Source of the DNA: an uncultured Gammaproteobacteria bacterium
GTDB lineage: Bacteria > Patescibacteriota > Patescibacteriia > Magasanikbacterales > GWA2-37-8
Direction: 5' to 3'
Assembly (NCBI GenBank): GCA_964482695.1
Contig: CAYZYP010000002.1
Span: forward strand, 46,962-110,961
DNA: 64,000 nucleotides
Shown: piece by piece, positions 34,750-45,884 of the stretch
Position numbering within the stretch: the stretch's first letter is position 1
How the letters are laid out: each line of letters starts with the position of its first letter
Translations under genes and position numbers: made by a program
The notes under the pieces: model-generated
The model's input: the letters and a program-made list of their open reading frames with translations, nothing else
Told to the model about the DNA's origin: nothing
Database searches by the model: none

Positions 34750-36243
34750 ATGTCTGTAAATTCAATCGTCGAACAATTAAAAAAGAATATTGCCGCGTTT
34801 GAAAAAAACGTGCAAGTAGAAGAAGTGGGTAAAGTAGTAGAAGTAGGAGATGGTATTGCCAGAATGAGCGGCCTAACAAAATGTCAGGCCAGCGAAATGT
34901 TAGAATTTCCCAACAATGTTTATGGGGTAGCTTTGAATTTAGAAGAAGAAACAGTTGGCGCTGTTTTACTAGGTGAATACGAACATATCAAAGAAGGCGA
35001 TATTGTAAAACGCACCGGAAGAGTATTGTCTGTGCCAGTAGGCGAAGAATTGATAGGTAGGGTTGTTAATCCATTAGGTCAAGCTATTGATGGTGGCAAA
35101 GAAATAAAATCAACTAAGTTTTATCCTGTAGAAAAAATAGCTCCTGGAGTAATGAAGCGCCAACCAGTAACCCAACCTGTGCAAACAGGTATTAAAGCGA
35201 TTGACGCCATGATCCCAATTGGTCGCGGTCAACGCGAACTAATAATTGGCGATCGCCAAACAGGCAAAACAGCGGTAGCTATAGATACTATTATCAATCA
35301 AAAAGGCAAAGACATGATTTGTGTTTATGTCGCTATTGGCCAAAAAGAATCAAAAATAGCTCGCATCGTAGCCAAACTAAAAGAAGCGGGCGCTATGGAT
35401 TACACCATAGTTGTTGTAGCCGGAGCTTCGCAACCAGCTTCTCTATCTTATATGGCTCCTTACGCTGGAGTAGCTATGGCGGAATATTTCATGGATAAGG
35501 GCAAAGACGCTCTAATTATTTATGATGATTTATCTAAACAAGCTTGGGCTTATAGAGAAATTTCGTTACTACTTCGCCGCCCACCTGGCCGCGAAGCATA
35601 TCCTGGTGATGTTTTTTATTTGCACTCTAGATTATTAGAACGAGCTTGTCGCAGGAACAAAGAATCGGGTGGTGGCTCTATTACAGCGTTACCTATTATA
35701 GAAACTCAGGCTAGCGATGTAACTGCTTATATCCCTACCAATGTAATTTCTATTACCGATGGCCAAATTTTTTTAGAAACAGATCTGTTTTACCGTGGCA
35801 TTCGCCCGGCTTTAAACGTTGGTATCTCTGTTTCTCGTGTTGGTGGCGCGGCGCAAATAAAACCAATGAAAAAAGTAGCTGGTAAATTAAAATTAAACAT
35901 GGCTCAATTTCGCGAACTAGAAGCTTTCGCTCAGTTTGCTAGTGATTTGGATCCAGAAACAAAAAAACAAATTAATTTAGGCCAACGTTTGGTAGAAATT
36001 TTAAAACAACCACAATATCAGCCAATGTCCGTAGCTAATCAAGTAGCGATTATTTTTGCAGTTTCTAATGGTTTTGCCGACGATATAGCTGTTAAAGATA
36101 TTAGCGATTGGGAAATAAAATTTCATGAATTTATCAATAAAAAACCGGCGCTTTTAGAAAAGATAGAGAGTGGAGATTGGGATGAAAAAATAGAAAATGA
36201 ATTAAAAAATGTTTGTGATGAATTTATCAAATCTACTAAATAG
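34750..36243 (+). CDS. atpA: F0F1 ATP synthase subunit alpha
   Basis: Walker A GDRQTGKT and the alpha signature regions. Confidence 0.97.
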   Translation: MSVNSIVEQLKKNIAAFEKNVQVEEVGKVVEVGDGIARMSGLTKCQASEMLEFPNNVYGVALNLEEETVGAVLLGEYEHIKEGDIVKRTGRVLSVPVGEELIGRVVNPLGQAIDGGKEIKSTKFYPVEKIAPGVMKRQPVTQPVQTGIKAIDAMIPIGRGQRELIIGDRQTGKTAVAIDTIINQKGKDMICVYVAIGQKESKIARIVAKLKEAGAMDYTIVVVAGASQPASLSYMAPYAGVAMAEYFMDKGKDALIIYDDLSKQAWAYREISLLLRRPPGREAYPGDVFYLHSRLLERACRRNKESGGGSITALPIIETQASDVTAYIPTNVISITDGQIFLETDLFYRGIRPALNVGISVSRVGGAAQIKPMKKVAGKLKLNMAQFRELEAFAQFASDLDPETKKQINLGQRLVEILKQPQYQPMSVANQVAIIFAVSNGFADDIAVKDISDWEIKFHEFINKKPALLEKIESGDWDEKIENELKNVCDEFIKSTK

Positions 36244-36262
36244 AACGTGCTAATATTTAATT

Positions 36263-37234
36263 ATGGCAATTAATACCAAGGCAATTAAACGACGCACAAA
36301 ATCAGTTTCCAGCACTAAAAAAATCACCAAGGCGATGGAAATGGTGGCTGCGGCAAAAATGAGAAAGGCTGTTTCTGCTGCTTTGGATACTCGCGCCTAC
36401 GCTACGGTGGCTTGGAATTTGTTAGTAAATTTATCAAAAACACAAAAAGCTATCTTACCTCTTTTAGATGTCCGATCGGTTAAACGTTTATTGGTAATTT
36501 TAGTAACTTCCAACAGGGGATTATGCGGTAGTTTTAATAGTAATATAATTAAAAAAACAGCTGAACAAATGCAAAACCCTATAAATATTAGCAAACAAAG
36601 AATAGCTAATAAAAATGTTGAACCTGCTGAAAAAATAGAAATAGATGTTATTGGTATTGGTAAAAAAGGCGCTGACTTTGCCAAAAAAATGAAGTATAAT
36701 TTAGTCGCCTCATTTAGTGAATTTACCGACACTCCTAGTCTTAAAGACATTTTGCCGATAAGTAAAATAATAATCAACGATTACGAAACAAAAAAATACG
36801 ATAAAATTGTTATTGCTTATACTGATTTTAAATCCACTATCAATCAAGTAGCAAAATTAAGACAAGTTTTACCAATATCAGAACAAGATTTAGAAAAAAT
36901 GATCAAAGAAATCGGCAAAGACGAAGCAGACGCCGTTTCTGTCGCCGAAGAAAAAAATAAAAGCCAATTAGAATTAAATAATTATCTTTTTGAACCAAAT
37001 AAAATTGATGTCTTAAAAATTATTTTACCACGCTTGGTTGAAACACAGATTTTTCAAGCTGTTTTAGAGTCTTCGGCCAGTGAACACAGCGCGCGTATGA
37101 TAGCCATGAGAAATGCTAGCGATGCTGCCGAAGATATGGTTAAAGAATTAAATTTAAATTTTAATAAAGCTCGCCAAGCTGGTATAACACAAGAAATTGC
37201 CGAAATAGCTGGCGGGGCGGCCGCTTTAGGATAG
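36263..37234 (+). CDS. atpG: F0F1 ATP synthase subunit gamma
   Basis: Conserved N- and C-terminal helices (ITQEIAEI). Confidence 0.92.
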   Translation: MAINTKAIKRRTKSVSSTKKITKAMEMVAAAKMRKAVSAALDTRAYATVAWNLLVNLSKTQKAILPLLDVRSVKRLLVILVTSNRGLCGSFNSNIIKKTAEQMQNPINISKQRIANKNVEPAEKIEIDVIGIGKKGADFAKKMKYNLVASFSEFTDTPSLKDILPISKIIINDYETKKYDKIVIAYTDFKSTINQVAKLRQVLPISEQDLEKMIKEIGKDEADAVSVAEEKNKSQLELNNYLFEPNKIDVLKIILPRLVETQIFQAVLESSASEHSARMIAMRNASDAAEDMVKELNLNFNKARQAGITQEIAEIAGGAAALG

Positions 37235-37306
37235 ATAATAAAGATTAAAAATTAATCTCGATAATTAATATTTAATCTTTTATATTTAATATCTAAATAT
37301 TTTTAA

Positions 37307-38680
<1,374 letters not shown>

Positions 38681-38689
38681 ATTTACTCT

Positions 38690-39103
38690 ATGAAGCTAAA
38701 AATAGTTACTCCGGAAAAAACAACTTACGAAAACGAAATTTTTCAAGTTTCCATACCTACCACAACAGGTGAAATTACGATCCTCCCACACCATATTTCT
38801 TTGGTAACTGTTTTGATAGCTGGAGAATTGAAGATAAAAGATAGTAGCGGCGAACAGTTTATCGCCGTGGCCGGTGGTTTTGTAGAAATACGTTCTAACG
38901 ACGAAATAATTATTTTAGCCGATAACGCTGAACGCGCAGAAGACATAGATATTCAACGTGCCGAAGAAGCTAGAAAAAGAGCCGAGGAACAAATGAAACA
39001 AACTAAAATTTCCGAAGATATCGACTTTGCTAAATTACAGGCTATAATAGACAGAGAAGTAAACAGGGTAAGGATAGCCAAAAAATATCGTAAACTCCCA
39101 TAA
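38690..39103 (+). CDS. atpC: F0F1 ATP synthase subunit epsilon
   Basis: Size, position, and a beta-sandwich N-terminus plus helical C-terminus. Confidence 0.88.
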   Translation: MKLKIVTPEKTTYENEIFQVSIPTTTGEITILPHHISLVTVLIAGELKIKDSSGEQFIAVAGGFVEIRSNDEIIILADNAERAEDIDIQRAEEARKRAEEQMKQTKISEDIDFAKLQAIIDREVNRVRIAKKYRKLP

Positions 39104-39145
39104 TTTTTAATGGGGTTTAATATCGTTTATTTTTAATTTTAATAT

Positions 39146-39277
39146 ATGGCCAATTGCTCTAATTGTGAAATGCCAATGGAAAACGAGAGCGAACAATGCT
39201 CTTGTAATAACGAACTTTGCTTTCATTGTTGCGAATGTGATACAGATTGTGAATGTGCTTGCTCTGAAAAAGAATAA
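39146..39277 (+). CDS. Cysteine-rich acidic 43-aa peptide (11 Cys), possible metal-binding or RiPP-like
   Basis: MANCSNCEMPMENESEQCSCNNELCFHCCECDTDCECACSEKE; it lies 40 nt after atpC and is followed by a strong terminator. Hand-called. Confidence 0.45.
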   Translation: MANCSNCEMPMENESEQCSCNNELCFHCCECDTDCECACSEKE

Positions 39278-39299
39278 TTAAAACAGCAGAAAAGTATAT

Positions 39300-39327
39300 A
39301 ACCCCGACCAGTTCGGGGTTATTTTTT
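39300..39327 (+). terminator. Rho-independent terminator closing the atp operon and small ORF
   Basis: AACCCCGA-ccag-TTCGGGGTT followed by ATTTTTT. Confidence 0.8.
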
Positions 39328-39336
39328 GTTTGTTAA

Positions 39337-39484
39337 TAGACATTCATATTTATCTATTACTAGACACATAGATTTTGCCCAGCGGCAAAATCTATTCAAG
39401 TGCTCGACAAAAATTTTTTCCTTCGGGAAAAAACCATGCATTTTTGCCTCGCAAGCTCTAATAATAGATGAATATGAATGTCTA
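39337..39484. repeat. Nested-palindrome structured repeat, copy 2
   Basis: Outer arms TAGACATTCATATTTATCTATTA / TAATAGATGAATATGAATGTCTA around the core TAGACACATAGATTTTGCCCAGCGGCAAAATCTATTCAAGTGCTCGACAAAAATTTTTTCCTTCGGGAAAAAACCATGCATTTTTGCCTCGCAAGCTCT. Confidence 0.8.
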
Positions 39485-39555
39485 CTCTAATTTATGTAAC
39501 AAAATAGCAATTTTTTCGTCTACTATGGTAAGCCTTAACAAGGAAAAGGCATTTT

Positions 39556-41319
39556 TTGTTTAATTTTGTTATGAAATATAATACAAAACTGACATTTAAG
39601 ATATTTTGGCAACACGCTTTAAAGTATAAATTAGCGATGATTGTCATTTTTTTATCTGTTACCACTGGCGCGGCTTTTGGCGTCAGCACCCCGTATTTTT
39701 ATAAGAAATTTTTTGATGCCTTAACAAATAATGGCACTAAGGGCGACTTGCTGCATGTTTTGTTTTTCATCTTTTTAACCATGACTGGCGAATGGTTTTT
39801 TTGGCGTATTGCCGCTTTTGTCAACGCTTATTTTCAAACAAAAATGATGGGTGATTTGGCTGTTACCTGCTTTAAATACCTTCACAAACACTCTTTTGGC
39901 TTTTTTAATAATAACTTTGTTGGCTCTTTGGTAAAAAGAGTTAACCGTTTTTATCGCGCTTTTGAAGGTATTGCCGATCGCTTTACTTGGGATTTATTGC
40001 CAATCCTCACTAACATTATACTTATTATCATCATTCTCGCTAAAAGAAGTGTCTACCTTGGTTTGGCCATAATTGTCTGGATAATAATTTATTGCGTAAT
40101 TAATTATCTATTTACTATTTATAAATTAAAGTATGATGTTGAAAGAAGTAAGTGGGATAGCAAAGTAACCGGTGTTTTAGCCGACACCATCACCAATAAT
40201 TCAAACATCAAACTTTTTGTTGGTTATAACAGAGAGGTTAAAAACTTTGCTGGCGTCACAGAAAAATTAAACCGTTTAAGAAAATTTACCTGGGATCTGT
40301 CTAATATTTTTGAAGGTTTCCAGGTTATGTTTATGATTGCCTTGGAAATTGGTATTTTTTATATTGCCATAAATTTATGGTTTAAAAAAGCATTAACCAT
40401 CGGCGATTTTGTTCTTATTCAATCATATATTTTAACAATTTTCATGAAATTGTGGGATTTTGGTCGTGTTGTTAGAAATTTTTATGAAAATTTAGCTGAT
40501 GCCGAAGAAATGACCGAGGTTTTAAACACCCCGCATGGAATAACAGATGTTAAAAATGCCAAAAAATTACTTGTTAAAGAGGGTGGCATAAAATTTAATA
40601 AAGTAAATTTTTTTTACCATCAAACCAGGCCGGTGTTTGAAAATTTTAATTTAAATATTATCCCTCGTGAAAAAATCGCTTTAGTTGGCCCGTCTGGAGC
40701 TGGCAAAACCACTATAGTTAAATTGCTGTTGCGCATGCACGATGTAAGTCAAGGGGAAATAGTTGTTGATGGACAAAATATTGCCAAAGTTACTCAAGAA
40801 AGTTTGTGGCAAAATATTTCTATGGTGCCGCAAGATCCAATTCTTTTCCATCGTTCACTATTGGAAAATATTCGCTATGGCAAACCAGACGCAAATGACA
40901 AAGAAGTATTTAAAGCCGCGAAATTAGCTCACTGTCATGAATTTATTTCTGAATTTCCTGATGGTTATGAGACAAAAGTAGGGGAGCGCGGTATTAAATT
41001 ATCTGGTGGCGAACGTCAACGTGTGGCTATAGCGCGCGCTATTTTACGTAACGCGCCAATTTTGGTGTTAGACGAAGCCACCTCTAGTCTGGACTCGGAA
41101 TCCGAATCGCTTATCCAAGATGCTTTGGATGTATTAATGAAAAATAAAACTGTCATTGTTATAGCTCATCGTTTGTCTACTATTATGAAAGTAGATAGGA
41201 TACTTGTCGTGGCTGCTGGTGGAATTCTAGAACAAGGCACTCACACCGAACTACTAGCCAAAAAAGATGGCCTATACCAAAAATTGTGGAAAATTCAGGC
41301 TGGAGGATTTATTAGATAA
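39556..41319 (+). CDS. ABC transporter permease/ATPase fusion (type I exporter, MsbA/lipid-A-exporter-like)
   Basis: 6 TM helices followed by an NBD with GPSGAGKTT, LSGGERQR and LVLDEATS. Confidence 0.9.
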   Translation: MFNFVMKYNTKLTFKIFWQHALKYKLAMIVIFLSVTTGAAFGVSTPYFYKKFFDALTNNGTKGDLLHVLFFIFLTMTGEWFFWRIAAFVNAYFQTKMMGDLAVTCFKYLHKHSFGFFNNNFVGSLVKRVNRFYRAFEGIADRFTWDLLPILTNIILIIIILAKRSVYLGLAIIVWIIIYCVINYLFTIYKLKYDVERSKWDSKVTGVLADTITNNSNIKLFVGYNREVKNFAGVTEKLNRLRKFTWDLSNIFEGFQVMFMIALEIGIFYIAINLWFKKALTIGDFVLIQSYILTIFMKLWDFGRVVRNFYENLADAEEMTEVLNTPHGITDVKNAKKLLVKEGGIKFNKVNFFYHQTRPVFENFNLNIIPREKIALVGPSGAGKTTIVKLLLRMHDVSQGEIVVDGQNIAKVTQESLWQNISMVPQDPILFHRSLLENIRYGKPDANDKEVFKAAKLAHCHEFISEFPDGYETKVGERGIKLSGGERQRVAIARAILRNAPILVLDEATSSLDSESESLIQDALDVLMKNKTVIVIAHRLSTIMKVDRILVVAAGGILEQGTHTELLAKKDGLYQKLWKIQAGGFIR

Positions 41320-41355
41320 ATTTTATTGTAAAACTTTTTATATTAAGTTATAATA

Positions 41356-41381
41356 AAAACACTCTACAATAGAGTGTTTTT
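41356..41381 (+). terminator. Rho-independent terminator
   Basis: AAAACACTCTA-caa-TAGAGTGTTTTT. Confidence 0.75.
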
Positions 41382-41401
41382 ATGTATTTGAGTGTATTTA
41401 T

Positions 41402-41878
41402 ATGATTAAATGTAAATTTGAAAATGGAAATTCGGCTAATTTACGCCACGTAACAATAGACGCGATAGCAATTAAAGATAATAAAATTCTTTTAGTTAGA
41501 CGAGCTAAAGGCAAACTTCTAGAGGGTGGCAAATACGCCCTTCCGGGCGGCCATTTAGATAGAGAAGAAAATACTCAACAAGGTATTTTACGAGAATTAC
41601 GTGAAGAAACTGGTTACGAAGGAAAAATAATTTCACTTTTTAGGATTATTGATAAGCCCGACAGAAAAGGAGAAGATAGACAAAATGTTGATTTTATCTA
41701 TCTAGTTGAAGCTGGTGAGCAGACATCCCAGCCAGATGACGAAAGTTCGGAGGTAAAGTGGTTTAATTTAAATAATTTACCCGATGAAAGTAGCATAGCT
41801 TTTGATCATTTTGAAACTATCCAATTATTTTTAAAGTATCAGAAAGAAAAAATAAAACTACCAATTTTACACTTATAA
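41402..41878 (+). CDS. NUDIX hydrolase
   Basis: Nudix box GGHLDREENTQQGILRELREETGY. Confidence 0.85.
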   Translation: MIKCKFENGNSANLRHVTIDAIAIKDNKILLVRRAKGKLLEGGKYALPGGHLDREENTQQGILRELREETGYEGKIISLFRIIDKPDRKGEDRQNVDFIYLVEAGEQTSQPDDESSEVKWFNLNNLPDESSIAFDHFETIQLFLKYQKEKIKLPILHL

Positions 41879-41922
41879 ATAAGGAAGCCTCGGCGCGCAA
41901 TGTAAAGCGACGCCGAGGCAAT

Positions 41923-41994
41923 ACGGGGCAAGAGGATTCGAACCTCCGACTGTGGGTTGTCAACCCACCACTCTGCCAACTGAGTTATGCCCCG
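41923..41994 (-). tRNA. tRNA-Val (anticodon GAC)
   Basis: Hand-folded cloverleaf: acceptor CGGGGCA/TGCCCCG, D stem ACTC/GAGT, anticodon stem GTGGG/CCCAC with loop TTGACAA, T arm GGAGG-TTCGAAT-CCTCT. CCA is not encoded. Confidence 0.8.
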
Positions 41995-42000
41995 AAATAA

Positions 42001-42073
42001 AGCGGGAAGCTGGATTTGAACCAGCGACATCGAGTTTAAAAACTCGCGCTCTGCCATGCTGAGCTATTCCCGC
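42001..42073 (-). tRNA. tRNA with glycine-type acceptor stem and U73 discriminator but a noncanonical anticodon loop (CGAG-TTTTTAAA-CTCG); identity uncertain
   Basis: Hand-folded: acceptor GCGGGAA/TTCCCGC plus discriminator T (identical to the E. coli tRNA-Gly acceptor), D arm GCTC-AGCATGGCA-GAGC, T arm GCTGG-TTCAAAT-CCAGC. The anticodon arm folds only as a 5-bp stem with a 6-nt loop, or a 4-bp stem with an 8-nt loop. Confidence 0.6.
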
Positions 42074-42120
42074 CTAACATAAAAATTTATATCATTTTTT
42101 AGTGATCTAGTCAAGCATCT

Positions 42121-45063
42121 ATGCGTGAATTAAATTCACATCAAAAACAAGCTGTTGAATATACCAAAGGCCCGTTAATTATTGTCGCTGGCGCGGGAAC
42201 TGGCAAAACTACCGTTATTACCAACAAAGTCGCTTATCTAATAGAAAAAAAACTGGCCCTGCCAGAAGAAATTTTGGTATTGGCGTTTAATGATAAAGCG
42301 GCCGAAGAAATAGTCGCGCGAGTAGATGAAAAACTTGATTTAGGTTACGTAGAATTACAAATTTCTACTTTTCACGCTTTTTGCCAAAAAATTTTAGAAC
42401 AATACGGACTAGAAATTGGTTTAAGCAACCAATTCAAAATATTAACTCAAACAGACGCTTGGATTTTAATACGACAAAATTTAGATAAGTTTAATCTTGA
42501 TTATTATCGCCCACTGGGCAATCCAACTCGCCATATTCACGAATTAATAAAACACTTTTCCAAATGCAAAGACGAACTTATTACCCCGCAAGAATACTTA
42601 GACTACGCCGAAAATTTAGAATTAGATAAAGATGACAACAATACAGAAGACAAAAGCAGGATTACAGAAATAGCTAACGCTTTTCATACTTACAATCAAT
42701 TATTATTAGATAACAACGCTTTGGATTTTGGAGATTTAATTCAATATGCCGTAATTCTTCTAGAAAAAAGAAAAAATGTGTCTAAACAATTACAAAATAG
42801 ATTTAAATATATTTTGGTTGATGAATTTCAAGATGTTAACTGGGCGCAGTATCAATTAGTAAGGTTTTTGGTTAATAATCAGTCACAATTAACGGTTGTG
42901 GGCGATGATGATCAATCAATTTATGCCTTTCGCGGGGCATCGGTCTCAAATATCATGCGCTTTAAAGATGATTTTCTCAAAGCCAAAGAAATAGTATTAA
43001 CAGAAAACTATCGTTCGGGGCAAAAAATCTTAGACACAGCTTATCAGTCAATACAAAATAATAACCCCGATAGGCTAGAAGCAAAACTGAAAATAGATAA
43101 AAAACTTAAATCCGCGTTAAAAATCAATAGCGAAGTTATTTATATCCACAAAACGACTCTGGACGATGAAACACGAGCGGTTGTAGAAGAAATAGGCAGA
43201 TTAAAAATAATAAACAAAGAAACAACTTGGGATGATTTTGCTATTCTAGTTAGAGCTAATAGCCATGCGCAACCTTTTATCAATATTTTAGAAGCCAAGG
43301 GTATTTCATACGAATTTTTAGCTTCTAGCGGATTATACCGCCAGCCGATTGTTTTAGATTGTTTAAATTTTTTCAAATTATTAAATAGTTATCACGAATC
43401 CACTGCTATTTATAGGCTACTTCGTTTACCATTTTTAAACTTTAAAGAAAATGATTTGCAAAAAATAACTTACAACGCTAAACGAAAAAGTATTTCCTAT
43501 TACGAGACAATAAAACGAGCGACAGAATTTAATTTGTCTCCAGATGGTCTAAAAATTTGTGATAAACTAATCGGTTTAATCCACGATGGGCTAAAAAACG
43601 CCCGTTTCAATAAGCCACACCGAGTATTGTACGAATTTTTAGAACAATCAGGATATTTAAAATATCTAGCTCATGAAGAAAACAAAAATAACAGAGAAGT
43701 TACTAGACAAATATACCAATTAACTCAGTTTTTTAATTATTTAAAAAAATACGAAGAAACGACTCCGGACGCGCATATTACTGATTTTATGATTCATTAC
43801 AATGATTTGGCTGAATCTGGCGATGAAGGCAATCTCTACCAACCTGTTGATACGCCGGATTCGGTTAATATTATAACCGTGCACAAAGCAAAAGGTTTGG
43901 AATTTAAATATGTTTTTGTTGTTAATTTAGTAGAAGACAGATTTCCAGCTCGCAAAAGGGGAGAGGGGATAGAAATGCCAGCTCCGCTTATTAAAGAACA
44001 ATTGCCAGAAGGTGATAGCCGCTTACAAGAAGAAAGAAGATTGTTCTATGTCGCCTTGACTCGCGCTAAAGAAAAATTATATTTAACCAGCGCCAGTGAT
44101 TATGGCGGAGTTAAAACTAAAAAAATTAGCAGATTTCTAGATGAATTGGGATATAAAATTATTAATTCTTTGCCGGAAAAAACAAACGAAATATTGATTA
44201 ATCAAAAAAACAAAAATTCTAACAATGACAATAATAAAGAAGGACTGGAATATTCCGTTCCAACCAATTTTTCTTTTTCACAAATCAAATCTTATAATAC
44301 CTGCCCTTATCAATACAAGCTGGGAAATATTATCAAGTTGCCCATAAAAGAAACTCATTATTTCAGTTTTGGTAATACGATGCATAATACTTTGCAAGAA
44401 TTTTATAAACGAATACAAATATTAAACAGCGCGCGACAAAACAGTTTGTTTGATTCGGTAGGGACAAGTCGCGAGATGTCTCCGTCTAATAATATTAATA
44501 TACCAGATTTAAAAGAATTATTATCTATTTACGAAGAAAAATGGCTAGATGAATGGTATTTAAACAAACAGCAACGTGAAAAATATTTTGCTGATGGTAA
44601 AAAAATGTTAACAGAATTTTATAATAGCCAAAAAAACAGCTGGACGATTCCTATAGTTTTAGAAGGGGGATTTAAAATAAAGATAAAAAATTATTTAATA
44701 AACGGGCGGATTGATAGAATAGATAAATTAGAAAAAGGCACCCTACACATTATTGATTACAAAACAGGAGCCAGCAAAGAAACCGCAGTTGGTGATGAAA
44801 AAGATCAGTTGCTGTTATATCAATTAGCTGTTTCTAGCTTGCCACAATATACTAATATTGGCTTACCGGAAAAATTAACTCTTTATTATCTAAAAGACAA
44901 TTTACAAACTAATTTTATAGGCAAAGACAAAGAAATAGAAAAATTGCAGAATAAAATAGCAACTACTATTGATAAAATTCAAGCAAAAGATTTTATGCCT
45001 ACTCCAGAAAAATTTACTTGTAAGAATTGCCATTTTAAAGATATTTGCGAATCTAGAATGTAA
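42121..45063 (+). CDS. UvrD/AddA-family ATP-dependent helicase fused to a C-terminal RecB/Cas4-like PD-(D/E)xK nuclease domain with a Cys cluster
   Basis: Walker A GAGTGKTT, the UvrD motif set, C-terminal ...IIDYKTG... and CKNCHFKDIC. Confidence 0.85.
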   Translation: MRELNSHQKQAVEYTKGPLIIVAGAGTGKTTVITNKVAYLIEKKLALPEEILVLAFNDKAAEEIVARVDEKLDLGYVELQISTFHAFCQKILEQYGLEIGLSNQFKILTQTDAWILIRQNLDKFNLDYYRPLGNPTRHIHELIKHFSKCKDELITPQEYLDYAENLELDKDDNNTEDKSRITEIANAFHTYNQLLLDNNALDFGDLIQYAVILLEKRKNVSKQLQNRFKYILVDEFQDVNWAQYQLVRFLVNNQSQLTVVGDDDQSIYAFRGASVSNIMRFKDDFLKAKEIVLTENYRSGQKILDTAYQSIQNNNPDRLEAKLKIDKKLKSALKINSEVIYIHKTTLDDETRAVVEEIGRLKIINKETTWDDFAILVRANSHAQPFINILEAKGISYEFLASSGLYRQPIVLDCLNFFKLLNSYHESTAIYRLLRLPFLNFKENDLQKITYNAKRKSISYYETIKRATEFNLSPDGLKICDKLIGLIHDGLKNARFNKPHRVLYEFLEQSGYLKYLAHEENKNNREVTRQIYQLTQFFNYLKKYEETTPDAHITDFMIHYNDLAESGDEGNLYQPVDTPDSVNIITVHKAKGLEFKYVFVVNLVEDRFPARKRGEGIEMPAPLIKEQLPEGDSRLQEERRLFYVALTRAKEKLYLTSASDYGGVKTKKISRFLDELGYKIINSLPEKTNEILINQKNKNSNNDNNKEGLEYSVPTNFSFSQIKSYNTCPYQYKLGNIIKLPIKETHYFSFGNTMHNTLQEFYKRIQILNSARQNSLFDSVGTSREMSPSNNINIPDLKELLSIYEEKWLDEWYLNKQQREKYFADGKKMLTEFYNSQKNSWTIPIVLEGGFKIKIKNYLINGRIDRIDKLEKGTLHIIDYKTGASKETAVGDEKDQLLLYQLAVSSLPQYTNIGLPEKLTLYYLKDNLQTNFIGKDKEIEKLQNKIATTIDKIQAKDFMPTPEKFTCKNCHFKDICESRM

Positions 45064-45077
45064 AATTAAAGACCCCT

Positions 45078-45368
45078 ATGCAAAATTTAGCCGAGATTTT
45101 CAAAAAACACAAAAACACTTCTCCTTTATGGCGAGGGGTTAATGCCTCTTTGATTGTAGAAGAAGCAAACAAAATATTAATAGAACTATTCGGCAAAGAA
45201 GCGTTAAAATATGCTAACGCTGTTTATTGTAAAAATAATATTTTAACCTTTGCCTGCCTTAGCTCTACTTTTGCTCAAGAAATAAAACTAAATAAAAATT
45301 TAATCATACTCAAAATAAACAAAAAATTTGGTTTAAACACTATTTTAAATATAAAATATTTGGCTTAA
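45078..45368 (+). CDS. DUF721/DciA-like small protein
   Basis: 96 aa with the pattern NILTFACLSSTFAQEIKLNKNLIILKINKKFG, typical of DUF721. Confidence 0.5.
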   Translation: MQNLAEIFKKHKNTSPLWRGVNASLIVEEANKILIELFGKEALKYANAVYCKNNILTFACLSSTFAQEIKLNKNLIILKINKKFGLNTILNIKYLA

Positions 45369-45452
45369 ATTAGCCACGTCTTGCCAAAAATAGTAAAAAA
45401 GTATACTATTAAGGTTATAAAGTTATATAATTTTTAAGGTTTATAAGATTTT

Positions 45453-45884
45453 TTGCATTATTTTATAACTTTTAACTTTAAATTACAAATTATGACCCTT
45501 CGCCAATACTTAATACTGATGACCATAGGGACTACCTTGTGTTGGCTAGCATGGTTTTTTGTTGTCAGTAGTGTCAACCCACTAGAAACAGGCTTTTGGG
45601 GTATAGCTTTCTTTTATATTAGTCTTTTTCTGGCTTTTACAGGAACATTTTCTGTTATCGGTTTTTTGATTCGCCATCATTTTGTTAAAAATGATATGAT
45701 AATTTTTCATCATGTTAGACATACCTTTAGACAAGGAATTCTTGTTTCTTCTTTGTTTATAATTGCTTTAATATTGTTGCAACAAAAATTATTAACTTGG
45801 TGGAATGGTATAATTTTAGTTATTTTATTCGTAATTTTAGAAAGTATAATTTTTGCCAACAGAAAATACAAAAACTATGTTTGA
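45453..45884 (+). CDS. Hypothetical membrane protein (4 TM)
   Basis: Hydrophobic segments only; no recognisable motif. Confidence 0.4.
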   Translation: MHYFITFNFKLQIMTLRQYLILMTIGTTLCWLAWFFVVSSVNPLETGFWGIAFFYISLFLAFTGTFSVIGFLIRHHFVKNDMIIFHHVRHTFRQGILVSSLFIIALILLQQKLLTWWNGIILVILFVILESIIFANRKYKNYV

